Source: Carcharhinus longimanus (taxonomy: Eukaryota). Taken from it: a stretch of 64,000 nt of DNA. The DNA is taken from assembly GCA_030264375.1 (NCBI GenBank), contig JASCQW010000109.1, positions 32,586,819-32,650,818 on the forward strand. The letters run 5' to 3'. This document shows, in pieces, positions 11,560 to 25,929 of this stretch (the stretch's first letter is position 1; every line of letters begins with the position of its first letter). The notes beneath the pieces were generated by a model, which saw nothing but the letters and a program-made list of their open reading frames with translations, did not search any database and was not told the DNA's origin. Made by a program: the position numbers and the translations under genes.

Positions 11560-12380
11560 TCAATGTATTACATAATATTTACAAAACATTGCAGGCCATT
11601 TTGGCCCAGCAGCTCCATGCTGATGGTTATGCTCCACATGATCTACATTTTTTCATCTAATACTATCATCGTGCTTTTATACCTTTCTCCCTCAAGTATG
11701 AGTCTAGGTTTCCTTAAAATGCATCTATCCCATTCATCTCAACTATTCCCTGTGATTAGTAATGAGTTCCACATTTTTACCACTGCCAATGTAAAGAATA
11801 TTCTTCTGAATTTCCTATTTGATTTATTAGCAACTACCTTATATTTATGCCTGTTAGTTTTGGCTTTTCCTGCAAATAGAAACAGTCTGCTCCATCAGAC
11901 TCTCTCATATTCTTAAAGACTTCCATTAATTCAATCCCCAGGCATGTCTTTTTCAGATAAATGTTCCCCAACCTGTCCAGTTTTTCCTGTACATATAACC
12001 TCTCAGTCTTGATACTATCATTATATTTCACGTTGTCACCTTCATCAGTGCATCTACATCCATTGTGTAATATAGAGACCAGAATAGCTCAAAACACTCC
12101 AAGTGTAGTCCAATTAAGATTCTATTCAAGTTTAACATAACTTTTCTACTTTTCAATTTTCTGCCTCTAGAAATCAACTCCAGTTCTTTTGCTTCTTAAA
12201 TGGTCTTATTAGGCTGTGTTGTGACTTTTAACAATTTCTGTATCTGTGCCCCCAAGTTTTTCTGTTCGTATATCCCCAATTAGACCGTTGTTTGCCAAAG
12301 AATATAAGGTTTCCTGATTCTCCTGACCAGAATGTAATATCTCACACTTATCCACACTGAAGTTAATTTGACTTTTTGTA
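11560..12380 (-). mobile_element. Decayed CR1 LINE 3' end
   Basis: Minus strand gives CR1 RT C-terminal remnants (RLYVQEKLDRLG...LMEVFKNM) and a tail with GCTGGGCCAAAATGGCCTG. Confidence 0.65.
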
Positions 12381-12964
12381 TATAATTGTTAATAAAGGAA
12401 GAATGATCATAAAGGGTTTTTATAAGCCTTTGTCTTGAAATGTACAATATGCTGAATCTGCTGCTAAAATGGATCCAGCTTGATATATCAAGACCTATCA
12501 CTTGCTGTGTTCCATTCAGGAGGCAAGAAAGTTATTTTAGCGACCTACCTGATAACCTTCCCACCTTCCTCCCTCTATGAAAACAATAACTATGTACTTT
12601 CTTCCTGCAATGAGCTGTCCAAAATAAAAGCAGAGGGCAACAGCAGGCATGAATTATCCCCATGACATTGACCCAGCAATGCAATCTCCTCTCTAGTTTT
12701 AAAAAGAATGTTTTTCATTCTTAATGCCTTTTGTCATTTTTGATATCTCTATCTCACCATCTTCAACAATTACCTTCTCCTGTTGCCAGATAGGAATACT
12801 TGTCATTACTACTCAAGAAATAGGTGTTTCTCTCAGTGACTTTCTATTCCCTCTCCCTGTGAAAGCACGTGTCCTTTGCTCAGCACTTCCCCAATGCAGG
12901 GCAGTACAAACCAGAAATATAACCAAGAGAAGGGTATGGACACAATCCATCCCACCACTCCATT

Positions 12965-14250
12965 GCATGTTATTTAATTTGTAGATGTGGGTATTGTTGG
13001 CAAAGCTATAATTTATTGCACATCCCTGATTGCACTTGAGAAGGTGGTGGTGAGCACTGAACTGCTGCAGTCTGTGTGGTGAGGATATTTCCTTAATGCT
13101 TTTAGCATGGGAGTTCTTGGATTTTGACCAAACAAATGATGAGGAATTACAATAAAGTTCCAAATCAGGGTGGTATGTGACTTGGAAAGAGAGATAGAAG
13201 TGCTGGTGTTCCCTCGTGCTTACTATACTTGACGGGGTTCTACCAAATGGGCTATTTTGTTCTGGTTGTTATCAAGCTTCTTGAGTGTTGTTAGAATTAT
13301 GCTCATCAAGATTAGTGTAAAGTATCCCTGATTTATGCCTTTAGATGCTGAACAGACTTTGGGAAATCAGGAGGTGAGTAAGACACACAAAATTTCCAAC
13401 CTCTGACCTGCTCTTGTAGCCATAGTATTTATGTAGCTGGTCTAGTTGAGTTTCTGGTCAGTGGTGTCCCAAGTATGTTGATAGTGGTGGGATGCAGCAT
13501 AAGAAATGCTGTTGAGCTTCAGTGGGATGTGGTTAGGTTTTCTCTGAAGATAGTCATTACCTCTACTTTTGTGGTGTGAATGTTTCTTGGCACCTATCAA
13601 CTCAAGTCTGAAGGTTGTCCTAGTCTTCCTTAATGAGGGCACAGAGTACAAAGAATTGTGAATGGATCTGAACACTGCAATTATCAGTGGACATCCCATT
13701 AGTTATTTAATTGTCTACCACGATTCATGATTAGATGTGGCAGGACTGCAAAGCTGTAATCTTATTTGTTGGTTTTAGGATGCCTACCTCTGCCAATAGT
13801 ATACAGGTAATCTCTTGTTGTAGCTTTGCCCCTGATTTTATATTTACCTCGTATTGCACCTGGCAAGCTCTCATTGAACCAGACTTCATCCCCTTGCTTG
13901 ATGGTAATGGTAGAATGAGTGATGTGCCAGGCAATGAGGATCCAGGTTGCTGCTGTACATGAATCACAGTGCACCAAATATGCCTGGTTTTGAACTGCTA
14001 GATCAGTTTTGAACTTATCACATTTAGCACAGTGGTAGTGCCACCAAACATGATGCAGGGTGTTGTTATGATAATGTGTCTTCTTCTCCACAAGAACTGC
14101 AAAGTATTCACTGCTACCAATGCGGTCTTGGATAGATGCATCTGCAACAATAAATTGGTGAGGACATGTCCAAGTTGTTTTTTTTTATTCATGTTGGTTC
14201 TTTAACAGTCTACCTCAGATCCAGTCTTGCAGCTATGTCCTTTCATACTC
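12965..14250 (-). mobile_element. Decayed, internally deleted LINE (CR1/L2 group)
   Basis: Its end (GATGTGGGTATTGTTGGC...ATTTATTGCACATCCCT) is shared with the SINE tail at 31270 and 63960. Fragmentary endonuclease/RT-like peptides on the minus strand (..LTNLLL..; HHVWWHYHCAKCDKFKTDLAVQN). Confidence 0.55.
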
Positions 14251-16031
14251 AATGAACTGCTTAGACTAGCTGGTACAACATATCTAGCTAAATACTGGAT
14301 ATGGGCTGAAGGTAAGTGTGCCACTGTGTATCAGTGAGCCTGCTAAGATGGGACCACTACTAAATAATGAACAACAAAATGTAATCCTAACATTTTAAAA
14401 AGCAACTCTATATTTTCAGCAAAATTGTATCTGTGACTTACATTTATTTGTGACTAAATAGCGTGATTACTACAACAATGCATTCTATACCACCACTCAA
14501 CATTGAGCATTTGTACAGGTGAATAAAAAATGAAAACTTATGGCAAACCTGGATGTTATATGTACAGATATTTGTTCATTGTATAAATTTAGTTGCAAAT
14601 TGCCATCCTCTAAATATAGTCTAACTGAGCATTATTATTTGGGGGAATAGCGAGGTGGACCAAACTGGCACATTTGAGCTGTTATCATCAGATGCAGTGT
14701 CAGAGATGTCAGACTCAGTAATCTAGTGCCTGCAATGGATGACCCTGCAATACTCCAGTGCATTACTAATGAATGATCAGTCAGCCTGGTTCACTAATGG
14801 AATATGGAGAGGTGGACCTGTCACAGGGCATTCTATTGCACACAGTTTTAGAGAACCCTGTAACACAGTGCCTCAGTGCATATGATGATCTTAGCTGGGC
14901 AAGCAGTGGGAAACATACTGATGCTCTATTGTACATGGTTGCACGATTTTAACAACCCCTTTGCCCAACTGACATCAAAGCTTCCTTTACTTGAATAGGT
15001 GGGATATGTCATTGTGGGGAGGGATTTGCACTTAATATTGGACATATAAAAGATCTACAGTTGAGTGTAGCTTTTCAAGTAGTTTGGTTTAGGCAGTTAA
15101 ACGTGGAAAGCATGTCAGATATCTGGCTGACCAAGGGAATATACTTAGATTACAAGTGAACATTTGTACAATATATACCCTGAAATCTATTATTTCTATA
15201 GCTGATAAAGCTGAAGTAAGTTAGCACAAGAATATTGTATATCAGGAAAGTGTGAGAGAATCACAGAATTATGTGGTCAGATTATGGTTCCATTTCCTAC
15301 TGGTCTTTAATTCTGCATTTTGTATTTCCTACATTAAGGTTTTAGATGTGATGCACATGATATCTGTGAGATACAACCCTGTTCAGCTCCTTTTCTCTTT
15401 CAGTGCCATTTGGGAACAAAGTCCATATAGAATAGAGCTATTAGAAGAACAGACTTTACAAAGTTTTGATTTGAAAGAGAGGCAGTACCTTATAATAGAG
15501 TAATTTTAAAAAATCCTAATTCTTTTGCTAATTTTGAGAAAAATTAAGCCAATACTTTTACTCTGTAAATAATACTTTTAAACTGTCTAAATGAAAGCAG
15601 GTATACCAGTGACATCAGCAAGCACTAAAACATTTCTGCACATCTTAACACATCTGCATGCCAATTACAAAGGGTAATTGCCACAGCTTTTCTGAAGTCA
15701 GCAGGGAGCTAGCAACAGAGCTTTGCCACCTGCAGCACATTACAACTTAGGGACATTGCAGCCATGGTTGGCAAGGTCATGACTGCCTCAGCTGTGAATC
15801 CTGTGTCTTGTTTCAGGTTCACACTGCAATATCAGCTATGGTAATGTTCAGAAATAGAAAATTGATGCATATGTTGCATTGGTTTAATGTATGAAGTGCT
15901 TGGAAGATGTGAATATGGAAAGGCTTTCAACTGGAAGTTGAGCCTGAGTGTGTGCCCTGACTAAGTATAAGTTTGCATGAGATGCAGTAAAAGAGCTGTA
16001 ACGTTGTGTGATAGAGAGCTTTAGAAGCATA

Positions 16032-16232
16032 AAGGCAAAATATTGCAGATGCTGGAGGTGGAAACAAAAACAGAAAATGCTGGAGGAGATCAGCGGGTCT
16101 GAGCGCATCTGTGGAGAGAGAATAGAGCTCTAACAAAGGGTCATCCCTCCCTTGAAATGTTGGCTCTATTCTCTCTCTCCAGAGATGCTGTCAGACTTGC
16201 TGAGTTTCTCCAGCATTTCCTGTTTTTGTTTG
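16032..16232. mobile_element. Palindromic Penelope-derived element (second family) with decayed hammerhead
   Basis: Arms AAACAAAAACAGAAAATGCTGGAG..CATCTGTGGAGAGAGAATAGAGC and GCTCTATTCTCTCTCTCCAGAGATG..CTCCAGCATTTCCTGTTTTTGTTT are inverted repeats. The centre TCTAACAAAGGGTCATC...TTGAAATGTT looks like a mutated CTGANGA...GAAACGTT motif. Confidence 0.65.
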
Positions 16233-19200
16233 GTTTAGAGACATGTTTTAACTTACAGACTTGAACCTACTTCAGGGTACATGGTGGTGTTAAATCGACT
16301 CACTTTTCCAAAGTTATCCATTTAGCACAATTTGCAGGTACAAAGAATTGCCACAATAGAACCATTTAGTTCTTAGGTTGCCTTTTTCATTTTTATTAGT
16401 ATAGGTGATATATATCTGTGGAAAACCAAAATCTCCTTTTCATGAAAATTGTCATTCGTTTAATCCTCTTGACTAATTCTATGATCTCTGCTCCTCAAGC
16501 TGCAATTGAAGAGAGAACTGCTCAGATAAAGAGCAACAGTACTGTGGATCTATGGTAGGATTTTCCACAAGATTGTCCTGGTTTTCTCAGGCTACAAATC
16601 ACTCAAACTTAGTTAAATGAGGGCAGAAAATTGTGGAATTATTTGCACAAATTTCATCTAGTGCGACTTGAGGTTGCAATCTTTTAGGAAACACTGCACT
16701 AAAAGCTGTATGTACTGCCCACCAACCGATCCCGCACCAAATCTGTCCGTGATCCCCAGATCCAATTAATTACCAATGAGCAGGCACTTAAAATCAAACT
16801 CTTTTATAGGTACAAGGCACCAATAGACATGGTTTGAAAATTTTTTAGTTTACTAAGAAACTGACTGCTGTACACCAACACAACAAGTAAATGATTCTAT
16901 ATGACTTTGAAAATCCTAGACACTGGCTTGAATTTTACAGATGTTTATAGAATCAAGAAGCCATTAAATTAAAGAAGATCATGTTGGTTGGACTGCAGAT
17001 AGCATCATGCTGGAATGAGATTTCACCAAGGCTAGAAGACGGATCTGATGACGACTCTAGTTGCAATCTCAAAACTAACAATCTCAAAATGAGCAATCAG
17101 AAGTCAATTGAGATCATTGAGGGAGCAATTGACAGTGATTTTACGAATCCCTCAGAATGCTGGTGGCAGTGCCTGAGCGCCGGAAGAGAGGGGTAAGGTC
17201 GGAGCCTCAGCAGTGATTAAAGGGCAGCTGTTAGGGTTCACTGTACTCAGCAGATGTTCACTGAGATCTTTTCATTTGATTGCAAAGCAGGGGAAGGGCA
17301 ACCATTTGGTTTGATTTGAAGCCCCCTTGAGCAGTAAGTAATTCGTGGCTGCCGCTAAAGTATTAAACAGAGTCTATTTTAGATTTTAAATACTTATGTA
17401 GATTTTAAATACTTAAGTTTAATACTGTATGCCCTTAATGCTGTTCAGGGTGTTCTATCCGATTTTTAAATGTTTTATGCGCATAGTCCAATTTCTCGGT
17501 GATTCATTGATGCTGCTATCTATAATAGTAGATATCTATTATTGACAATGGGAGTGTGGGTGGATATGAGGATGATGGGTTTAACATCTTGACACTGCCA
17601 CTGGACTGTGCATTTATCAACATTTGTAGTCTGGTGTGAAGAGTTCAAGAAATTTCTTGGGAAATGTAGGGCATACTTAGAAGATCAAAATTGTTGTTGT
17701 CTTTGCTAGCATTTTATTATAATTGTCTGATTGTTTTTCCAGGCTATTATATAGTATACATAATAAACAAAGCACAAGCTAATAATGGAGGTTGCTAATT
17801 AAAATTGTGGCACTTCTGATTCCCTATGAGACCAATGTATAGTGAATGGAATGTTTCAATGTCACTGAAAAATGTATTTCATATCTTATTAGTTTTACTT
17901 TTAAAAAATATAAACATCATCAGGTTGATGTTTGAACTAATTTTGTGGTAGAAATAAGTTTGAAACTATCGTCACTCACCATTATTAGTGTAAGTTGGAC
18001 AGCAACATGTGCAATTAAACAGGGAAATCAGGAAGTTGTTGCTATGTTGCTCACTTCAGAAAATTTGCAATACTGACACCCCCTGAAGGGTTTGGCATTC
18101 AAACTCGGGAAGGGCATTAAGTTGATAGTTAGCGACTGAAGATAAAATTTAGGGTTCATCGAATCAAGTGTAAGTATATTTTTAATGGCATCACCAAGGA
18201 CCAGCCTGCAGGCAGATAACTCAAGTGGAAGAATCTCACTGGCACCAGCACTGAACCTTTACAAATGTGGAGTCGCATCCTTACAGATTTAATTGCTGTT
18301 GGAGGTTTGAAAAAAATAAAGACATTCCATGTGCTGCTGTCCCTTCTTTCTCCCTTAATCCCATCTTTCTGTTTATATTTCTGGTATAGACTCAGCGTGG
18401 CTCAGGAAGGTTTCCAGGTTGAAGTAGAAGCAAATTGCTTGTTTGGTTTGCACAGGTTCCCCCACGTCACATGCTTTTGAAATCTAATTACCACAATTTT
18501 CAGTGAAAAAAAAATAGAAAATCTTTGGGCAAATGTAAGTGTAAAGAATAATTAGTATCATTTTTTGATCACTGACTGCAAAATCTCATCCCACGTTTAA
18601 TTCCTACTGCAGTGTGAATGACAAGTAGACTTCCAAAGAGTGGAGTAGTTCTTTGAATGTGATCAATGTTAAAATTCTTGTTTTCAAGATGATAAACATA
18701 TGTTCAATAATTCAAAAGATGCTGCTAATCAGGTTTTTTAAGTTACCTTTATAAGTTGTGTTTGATCTTACCAAACTTAATTCATTATAGTTAACAGTGA
18801 ATTTTAAGGTAGATCCACTTTAACATTTCTCACCCATGTTCTTTTGAGTGCAGCTCAACGTTGTGAGCTTTCTCCTCCCAATTGTTTTCTTACATTTTTA
18901 TGCATGTAGAAGATGTCGACGAGAAAATGCCATCCTATCCAGTTGAATTATGTGATGATATTGAATTTGATTGTATGTCTTACCAGTGAACCGTGGTTCA
19001 CTGTATCATTTTAAAGTCTGTGACAGAGTATAATATTCTCATTGCAGTTACTTAAGTGTTATTGTACTGTATGTAATTGTTTGACATCCACATATCGTTG
19101 AGTATGAATATGGACAGGACATAATCACAGTATTGATTAATCAAGACAGGGTTTAAGACACTTGTCAATCTCCTGTAGCAATGTAGTCACAAGGTGAAGG

Positions 19201-19760
19201 AGGGAGAGAGATCATTTTATCAGGATGAATGCAAGTATTTAGATCAGAATGCAGACAATCACCTTTACAAGTCATACATTCTGACTTTATTTTAAATAAT
19301 CATTATAAACCTTCACGTCAAAACTTGTAAGGAAAACTGCTTATGCAAACTTTTCACATATAGTGATATCCTGCTGTTCGCAATGATTCTGCAGTCTCTG
19401 CGCTGACAGGAATGTTATCATTTTAATCTTTCAAAAGAAAATTGATCTTATCATTAAATAATCAAGCAGGATTGTCTGCAACCAGTATGGTGGTTATGTT
19501 GAGCTTGATTACCTCTTAAGTTGAGTTAAAATAAACTAGTCATACAGCAAAAATATATACAGTCATGGCAAGCTGTGAGTACCAGTCTAGACTGAGCAAA
19601 ATGGCTGACATATGCAAACAGCTCTTACTTTCTTACTCTTCTTCTTTGTGTCATGTCTGCACAACTTCTCAGACTACCCAAGCGTGTTAGCATGGATTTA
19701 CTCTGAAGAATTTCTCACCATCACTAATTGCACTGAAGTCTCCCAAGTTTCTGACTTTAT

Positions 19761-19888
19761 GGCAGGAATGTTTACTGCCCCTGCCCACCACAGCATCGGA
19801 ATGGGCGGGGGACAGGCAATGGAAATGTCCGTTGACCTCGGGTGGGACTTTACAGTTTTGGGACGAGCGAGGCCGTAAAATCCTGTCC
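19761..19888. mobile_element. Short MITE-like element
   Basis: Imperfect TIRs GGCAGGAATGTTTAC / GTAAAATCCTGTCC around a GC-rich core; similar elements recur in the window. Confidence 0.55.
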
Positions 19889-20544
19889 TATATCCTTTTT
19901 CAGGGCTGGACACCTGGATGGATTATTGACTGGCTTTATGATCTTTGATAGATTTTAAAATACCCCATAAAAGTTCAGGTTATTTGTCTAAACCATGGGG
20001 GGCGGGGGGACCCACTTCTAATGTTGTCCATCTGCCATTAACTCCCTGTGCCATTACGTGCATCTTTAGCTCTTGATCAATTACTCTTATCCTTCCCTTG
20101 TTGTATCTCAAGCTGTTCTCCCTGACTAGTTTCATTCTTCCCCAAAATATTCCACTCTGACTTTCGAAGCTAACTTTCAGAAATGTTATTCTTTGTGTCC
20201 ATTGCACTGTCAGCTATTTATGTCTAGGGATCGCCATGTTAAGAAGAGCTCTTAACATTCAGTTTAGCTGTTCTTATTTCTTAGCAAGCTGTCGTACCAT
20301 AATAGTGTTGTTCACTCAGTCATTTCTATTCTACGTCCACACCCTAATGAACCTTTGTATTTCAGCAAGCATCTTAAAGCAAGGATAAATGGAAGACCAA
20401 ATACAGCTTTGTTGTATGTGTGCTTGTTTTAATCATCTACCTGTTGCTGTCCCACCTCCTCATGGGTCGTGGGCTCCTCCTTGGCTCGGCTGCAGTTATC
20501 ATTACCCAAGAATAGTTATTCCTCTGGCTTATTTCTGGATAACA

Positions 20545-21610
20545 TGAAGGATTTAGGAAATAAGTCAAAACACAATTAGGAAAGCAGAGAATAACTGTGC
20601 AAGTAAGATATCAAAGAACATGAAACAAAAAATGTTTTACAGGTACAGTAAAAATTGAAGGCTGTGATGGGAATAAGATGATTAGGGATAGACAAAACAG
20701 TATTATAATTAATGATAGAGAGATGACAGAAATATTAAATATTTAATTTGCTTCAGTATTTACCAAGGAGATAGATCAGGAAGACTTGGCATTGTATGAT
20801 GAGATGTGTAATGAGATAAGTGCACTAAAGTAAAAATAAACAGGATGTATTGAAAAAAACTAAGCAAACTCAGAGGATAAAGTCCCTGATCTGATGGATT
20901 GCATCTCCATATTTTAAAATGACCTCGGGGAAAGGAAAACAGAGGCATTATTACTCATATTTAATAATTCATTAGGAAAAGGTGTAATGCCGGAGGACTG
21001 GTGCATATCTAATGTAATTTCTTTCATACAAAGAGAGACAGAACGTGTCAATGAAATTATAGGTCAGTTAGTTTAATATCTGTGCTCAGAAAAATAATGG
21101 AATTCTTACCAAAGGAGGGTCCAGTTCTGATTGCCATATTATAAAAAGGATATTGAGGCACTAGGGAGTTGCAGAGAGGGTTTACCAGAAATGCGTACGT
21201 GAGTATACCAGGAAAAAACTGGCAGTCTTTTCTCACTTGATAGAAGGCGAAGGGGTGACCTAATGATGGTCTTTAAAATGATGGAAGATTTTGATAGAAC
21301 TGATGCAAAAGAGAATGTTTCCTCTTGTGGGGAAGAGGATGACAAAAGGCCATCAATATAAGGTAGTCATTAAAAAGAATTGGCAATTCAGAAGAAAAAA
21401 AGTAAGGATGTAGAACATGCTACCACAGGCAATGATTGAAGCAGTGTATAGATATATTTAAGAGGAAACTAGACAAGCACATGAAGGAGTAGGGAATAGA
21501 TGGTTAAGATTGTAGATTTCAATGAGTACAGATGGGAAGGCTCAAGTGGAACATTAACACCCGGACTGCTTGGGCCGAGTGGCGTGCTTCTGTACCATAT
21601 ATCCTATTTA
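20545..21610 (+). mobile_element. Decayed CR1 LINE ORF2 with internal deletion and 3' tail
   Basis: Remnants of KSPGPDG.H (20878), PEDW..xNV (20990) and NYRxVSL (21055), then a jump to the C-terminus (KDIEAL..LQR.FTR, RRRGDL..VFK) and the tail TGGGCCGAGTGGCGTGCTTCTG. Confidence 0.8.
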
Positions 21611-22244
21611 GTTCTTTGTAACCGTAAGCAGTTTCCAGGAAACAAAATCTACAGACCAATTTATTCCTTTACCTATTTTAAGTTGCTTATGCAAATTATA
21701 TATATATATTTGTTCTAAGTATAATTCTAATTTCTAACAGGAGAATGTAATTACAGTGTGGTCATCTTGTGTAGGTAGTTTTCATAAAGAATATGTGGAT
21801 ATAAGAATTTATCATTGTTACAAATCAATGGCGTGCAGATGCACAATCTTTAATATATAGCTAGTTCGGGCTCGGCTCACTGAGCTGTTTCTACCACTGA
21901 CATTTATAACGTTAAGAGAGAGTTCACTAACGTCAGCTCTCTTGTCATGGAAAAGTGATCTTCAAACAGTTCAGCAAACTGAGAAGTTTCAAAATCATAC
22001 ATCAAACTGTGCAGAATTGTGACTACCAACTTCAAATTGCAATAGAAAATTATAATTTTCCTTGTAGAGGATTGAGAACCAGTCATCTCATGCTTCTTGC
22101 ACTGGTCTGGTGGTTTGCAGTAATTGCTCCATTTGAGGGTTGTAATTTTTTCCAGATAAAAATATAACAGAACAAGGTTACAATTTGAGATCTTTCAAAG
22201 CACCAGTGCACTAGGAAACGTTAGCCTAAAATTTACAGGAAATA

Positions 22245-22540
22245 ATTTATGTAGATATAACAGCATTTACATAAGCACTAATAATGTAGAAAGGTGTCAC
22301 AACGTGCTTCACAGAGATGTAGTCAGACAAAAATGAGCGCTGAGGCAAATAAATCAATATGACCAGAGGAGAGGTGAGGGAAAGAGTGGCTATAGAGGTA
22401 GGTTTTAAGGAGGGTTTTAATGGAGGAAAGCAAGATGAGATGCAGAGATATTTGGTGAGAGAATCCTAAAACTTAGAGCCAAGAGGGCTAAAGAATCATT
22501 GAGTATTAAGGAGCAGTGAAGAAAGTGGATCACACAAAGC
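22245..22540 (-). mobile_element. Decayed L2-like LINE 3' end
   Basis: Purine-rich AGAGGTAGGTTTTAAGGAGGGTTTTAA..GGAGG pattern of a reverse-strand L2 C-terminus. Confidence 0.4.
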
Positions 22541-23644
22541 ATTTAAAGCAGATGGTAAAATTCTTCTGAATTGTTTTCTATCATGATTGCTAGAGGGCAC
22601 TGTCGTCTTTAAAGAGTCTGCTTTGGAATTGTTGCCTCAGCCACATGTTCTTCAGTACCTCAAGTTAGTCAAGGTACATACTGGTATATACACTCTCACA
22701 TACGCCTTTAATAATGACACAGTAAGTGATCCATAATCATGCTAACATACGGTTAATGAATTTTAAAATTTGGAGCGGGAGAACACTAACTAACACTTAA
22801 TTGTTCCACATTGTAAATACCATAAACCTTTACTTTGTGCAAGAATAAACCACAAAAATATTTATGAAAATAAAATATCATCGATTTTACTGAACATAAA
22901 GTAATGAATCCCCATTTCATCTACTTACGAAAAAGCTGCTACTTAAATCTGCCCCTATTACTTATTTCATCTGTTTACATACTTACAACTAACAAAATAC
23001 AACATGGATTTGATCAAGCAGTTTTTAGTTCCCAACTCTGAGCTCTGTGTTGAGGAATAGTAAAACCCCCTTGATAGGGAAATCCATACAATGCCTATAA
23101 GTATACTACTCCACACTTCCTTCCCAGTAAGTGTTTAAATTCTAAACTGACCCACGGTTGATGAATTCAGAAATATGCGTATTATTTCAAACAGGATTAA
23201 TTTCAAATCAATTTGGATTTGGAAATGATCTCGCAGCTCATTTTCAGTTGATGGAGAAAGCAAAGTCGAATAATATTGATCGAAATGACCTCTCATCATT
23301 TACCTGCATGGATGATTGACTTGGGATGCTAGGAACAATGCCAAAAAACATTTCAATGAAAACAATGTAAGCTGTTCTAGTAGCCATGTAAATGCCACAA
23401 AGAAGATTGTACAAGGCATTTGAATCCAGAATTATCTTCTTCAATTCAAAGATTTGAAAGTCTTTCTTCTAATTTATGATTTTATGGAACAATGGTTTGC
23501 ATTTTTGTTGCTTCTTTTATACACCAAATGAACTGATCACATGATATGGATGAGAAAGGTCAATCATAATTCACCTATCCAAAGAAAATCAGTAGTTTCC
23601 CATCCCTTATTGTTTAATATTCCTAGATATTTTGCTACCCCAAA

Positions 23645-23828
23645 ATGTGGTGGATGCTAGGACAGTGAGTAAATTTAAGGAGTAGTTAGACAGATTTTTA
23701 ATTGGTAATGGGTTGAAGGGTTATGGGGAGAAAGCAGGAAAATGAAGATGAGGAGCTCATCAGCCATGATCAAATGGCAGCCTAATTGTGCTCCTGTATC
23801 TTATGAACTTATCTTACGAACTTATGAA
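23645..23828 (+). mobile_element. CR1 LINE 3' terminal fragment
   Basis: GTGGTGGATGC...TTTAAGG..TTAGACAGATTTT..AAGGGTTATGGGGAGAAAGCAGG..CAGCCATGAT, ending in (CTTATGAA)n. Confidence 0.75.
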
Positions 23829-24002
23829 TTTAGTCTTTATTATTCTACCCAGAGACTCATCCCAGGTGTTCATTACTTGTAGTCTGAAGAACTTTGTGAG
23901 TTCTGTCTGAAACATTCATTTGAATCTGTGACCTCTAATCCTATCCTCATTGTTCAGTTTGAAGGAATATTCTGGATCCATCGTTTTCTATATTATTTAC
24001 TG

Positions 24003-24312
24003 TTACGTGGCGAAAAACTGCAGCAGGCGACGGTGCAGAGGGACCTCGGGGTCCTTGTGCATGAGTCGCAAAAACCCAGNNNNNNNNNNNNNNNNNNNNN
24101 NNNNNNNNNNNNNNNNNNNNNNNNNNNNNNNNNNNNNNNNNNNNNNNNNNNNNNNNNNNNNNNNNNNNNNNNNNNNNNNGGAATTAAGGATTATGGGGAG
24201 AAAGCAGGAAAGTGGAACTGAGCCACTTCAGATCAGCCATGATCTTATTGAATGGCGGGATAGGCTCGAAGGGCTAGATGGCCTACTCCTGCTCCTATTT
24301 CTTATGTTCTTA
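24003..24312 (+). mobile_element. Young 5'-truncated CR1 LINE spanning an N gap
   Basis: In-frame GEKLQQATVQRDLGVLVHESQK (CR1 RT, CpGs intact) before the gap; GIKDYGEKAGKW and a CR1 tail after it. Confidence 0.85.
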
Positions 24313-24901
24313 TAAGGTGTTACATTCCCTGTGGAGAAACTGTAAACCAAAGTAGCCAAATTGACCGAACGACCCCCAAATGAAGAACTAACTAAAATAT
24401 TTCACTTTTCTACCTTTTACTTCAACACAAATCAGAATCAATGTACACTACTCATGCAGTAACAGATACAGCAGGGACTACTCTACAGAATTCTAGGCTA
24501 GCCCATTCTGCCTGTATAGTCCCAGCTTCCATCACACAATTCATCCAAGCAGTATTGTTTTTTTCTTTTCAATTGCTTGCACATTGCTTCCTCAAGATCT
24601 TCTGGAATTCTATTTTCTGCTTACTTCCAAAGAGGAAACTGACTTTTTCACAGAGAACTTTGCTGGCTTCTCTTCTTACAAATTCTGTGTTCCTCTTTCT
24701 GTTCCTGTCTGCTTTCTCTTTGTGTTTGTTTCTGTGTGCTGATTACTTTCTGCCCACCATTCTCTCACCTTCTTAATTGCAGTAGCATCTTTGGGCCTGA
24801 TGTTTGCTTTTGAGATGGGTAGCTCAGGTTGTGAAGTTTCCCGTCTCAGCAGACATGGCTGAGTAAGAAAAAAGCTACCCTGAAACGTATGGAGTGAGAT
24901 T

Positions 24902-25090
24902 GTCGCGTGTTTTCTGCCAGTGGGAGGTAGCACGTTGTTTCCTTGTGGTGGGATTCTCTGTTCCCACCGCTGTCAATGGGAATTTCCATTGATGTCACCC
25001 CACACCGGCCGGAAACCCACGGATTGGGGGTGTACTGCTGACGGGACTGGAGAAACCAGCCACTGTGAATGGCCGGAGAGTTCCGACCAT
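24902..25090. mobile_element. MITE-like element
   Basis: Imperfect TIRs GTCGCGTGTTTTCTGCCA / TGGCCGGAGAGTTCCGAC and an internal palindrome GTCAATGGGAATTTCCATTGA. Confidence 0.6.
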
Positions 25091-25929
25091 GATTTTTTGC
25101 TCCATGGCATTGGATAGGGAGTGGACTGGGGTGGTATACAGTCAGGCTGCCAACCCTGGAAATGGATTGGAGATTGGTGTGTGCCCTGATGAAGAGGAAG
25201 TTCATTCGCATTTCAGGTCTGATATATGAGGTTGCCCTGGATGCAAGTCCTGTGATTTCTCATGGAAAGAGACATCTTTCAATAGTCAGGTGAGTAAGAA
25301 CTTTAATTGCTGGCCAATTGTTACACTTGAAATGGTGGCCCATTCAAGAACCTTCCATTGGAAACAATGGAGTTCAATGCTGCCTGTTGACCTTGTCTAG
25401 GGAAGGAGCATACAGCAATAACTTAAGGCTGACAAAGCATCACAACACCCAATCATAGAGATGGCTGCAACTTGGAAGCTTCAGTAGAAGCCAACACTCT
25501 TCATTAAGTTAGATTACCAACACGCCTCAGGGCTAATATTGAGCTGCCACATGCAGAAACCGTTTCCTTTCCACTAACCATCTATCAAAGTTGGGCAACC
25601 GAATGTATCTTGACAATTACTTCCACAGCAAAACACTGTCATTACAATGAATCAGAGGGAACAGATTAGCAAGGCATGTACACTTGGGAACACATCACGC
25701 CCTATTGATGTGTGAAGAACAAATGCTCAAGGACCCAGTAATCATGCTGTTCCCCCCCCCCTCTCTCCCGTCTTCCCCACCACACAGCAACATCAGTCTG
25801 TGTGTAACTAGACTGTCAGGTTCCTGCATGTGAGTGCACACAGGTTATAAAATGAGAAACTGCAGTTGTTCGTGTGCTTTCTTCATTGTTGTCCAGCATG
25901 TCAGAAAGGAGCACAGGTGCAGAGGGTAC

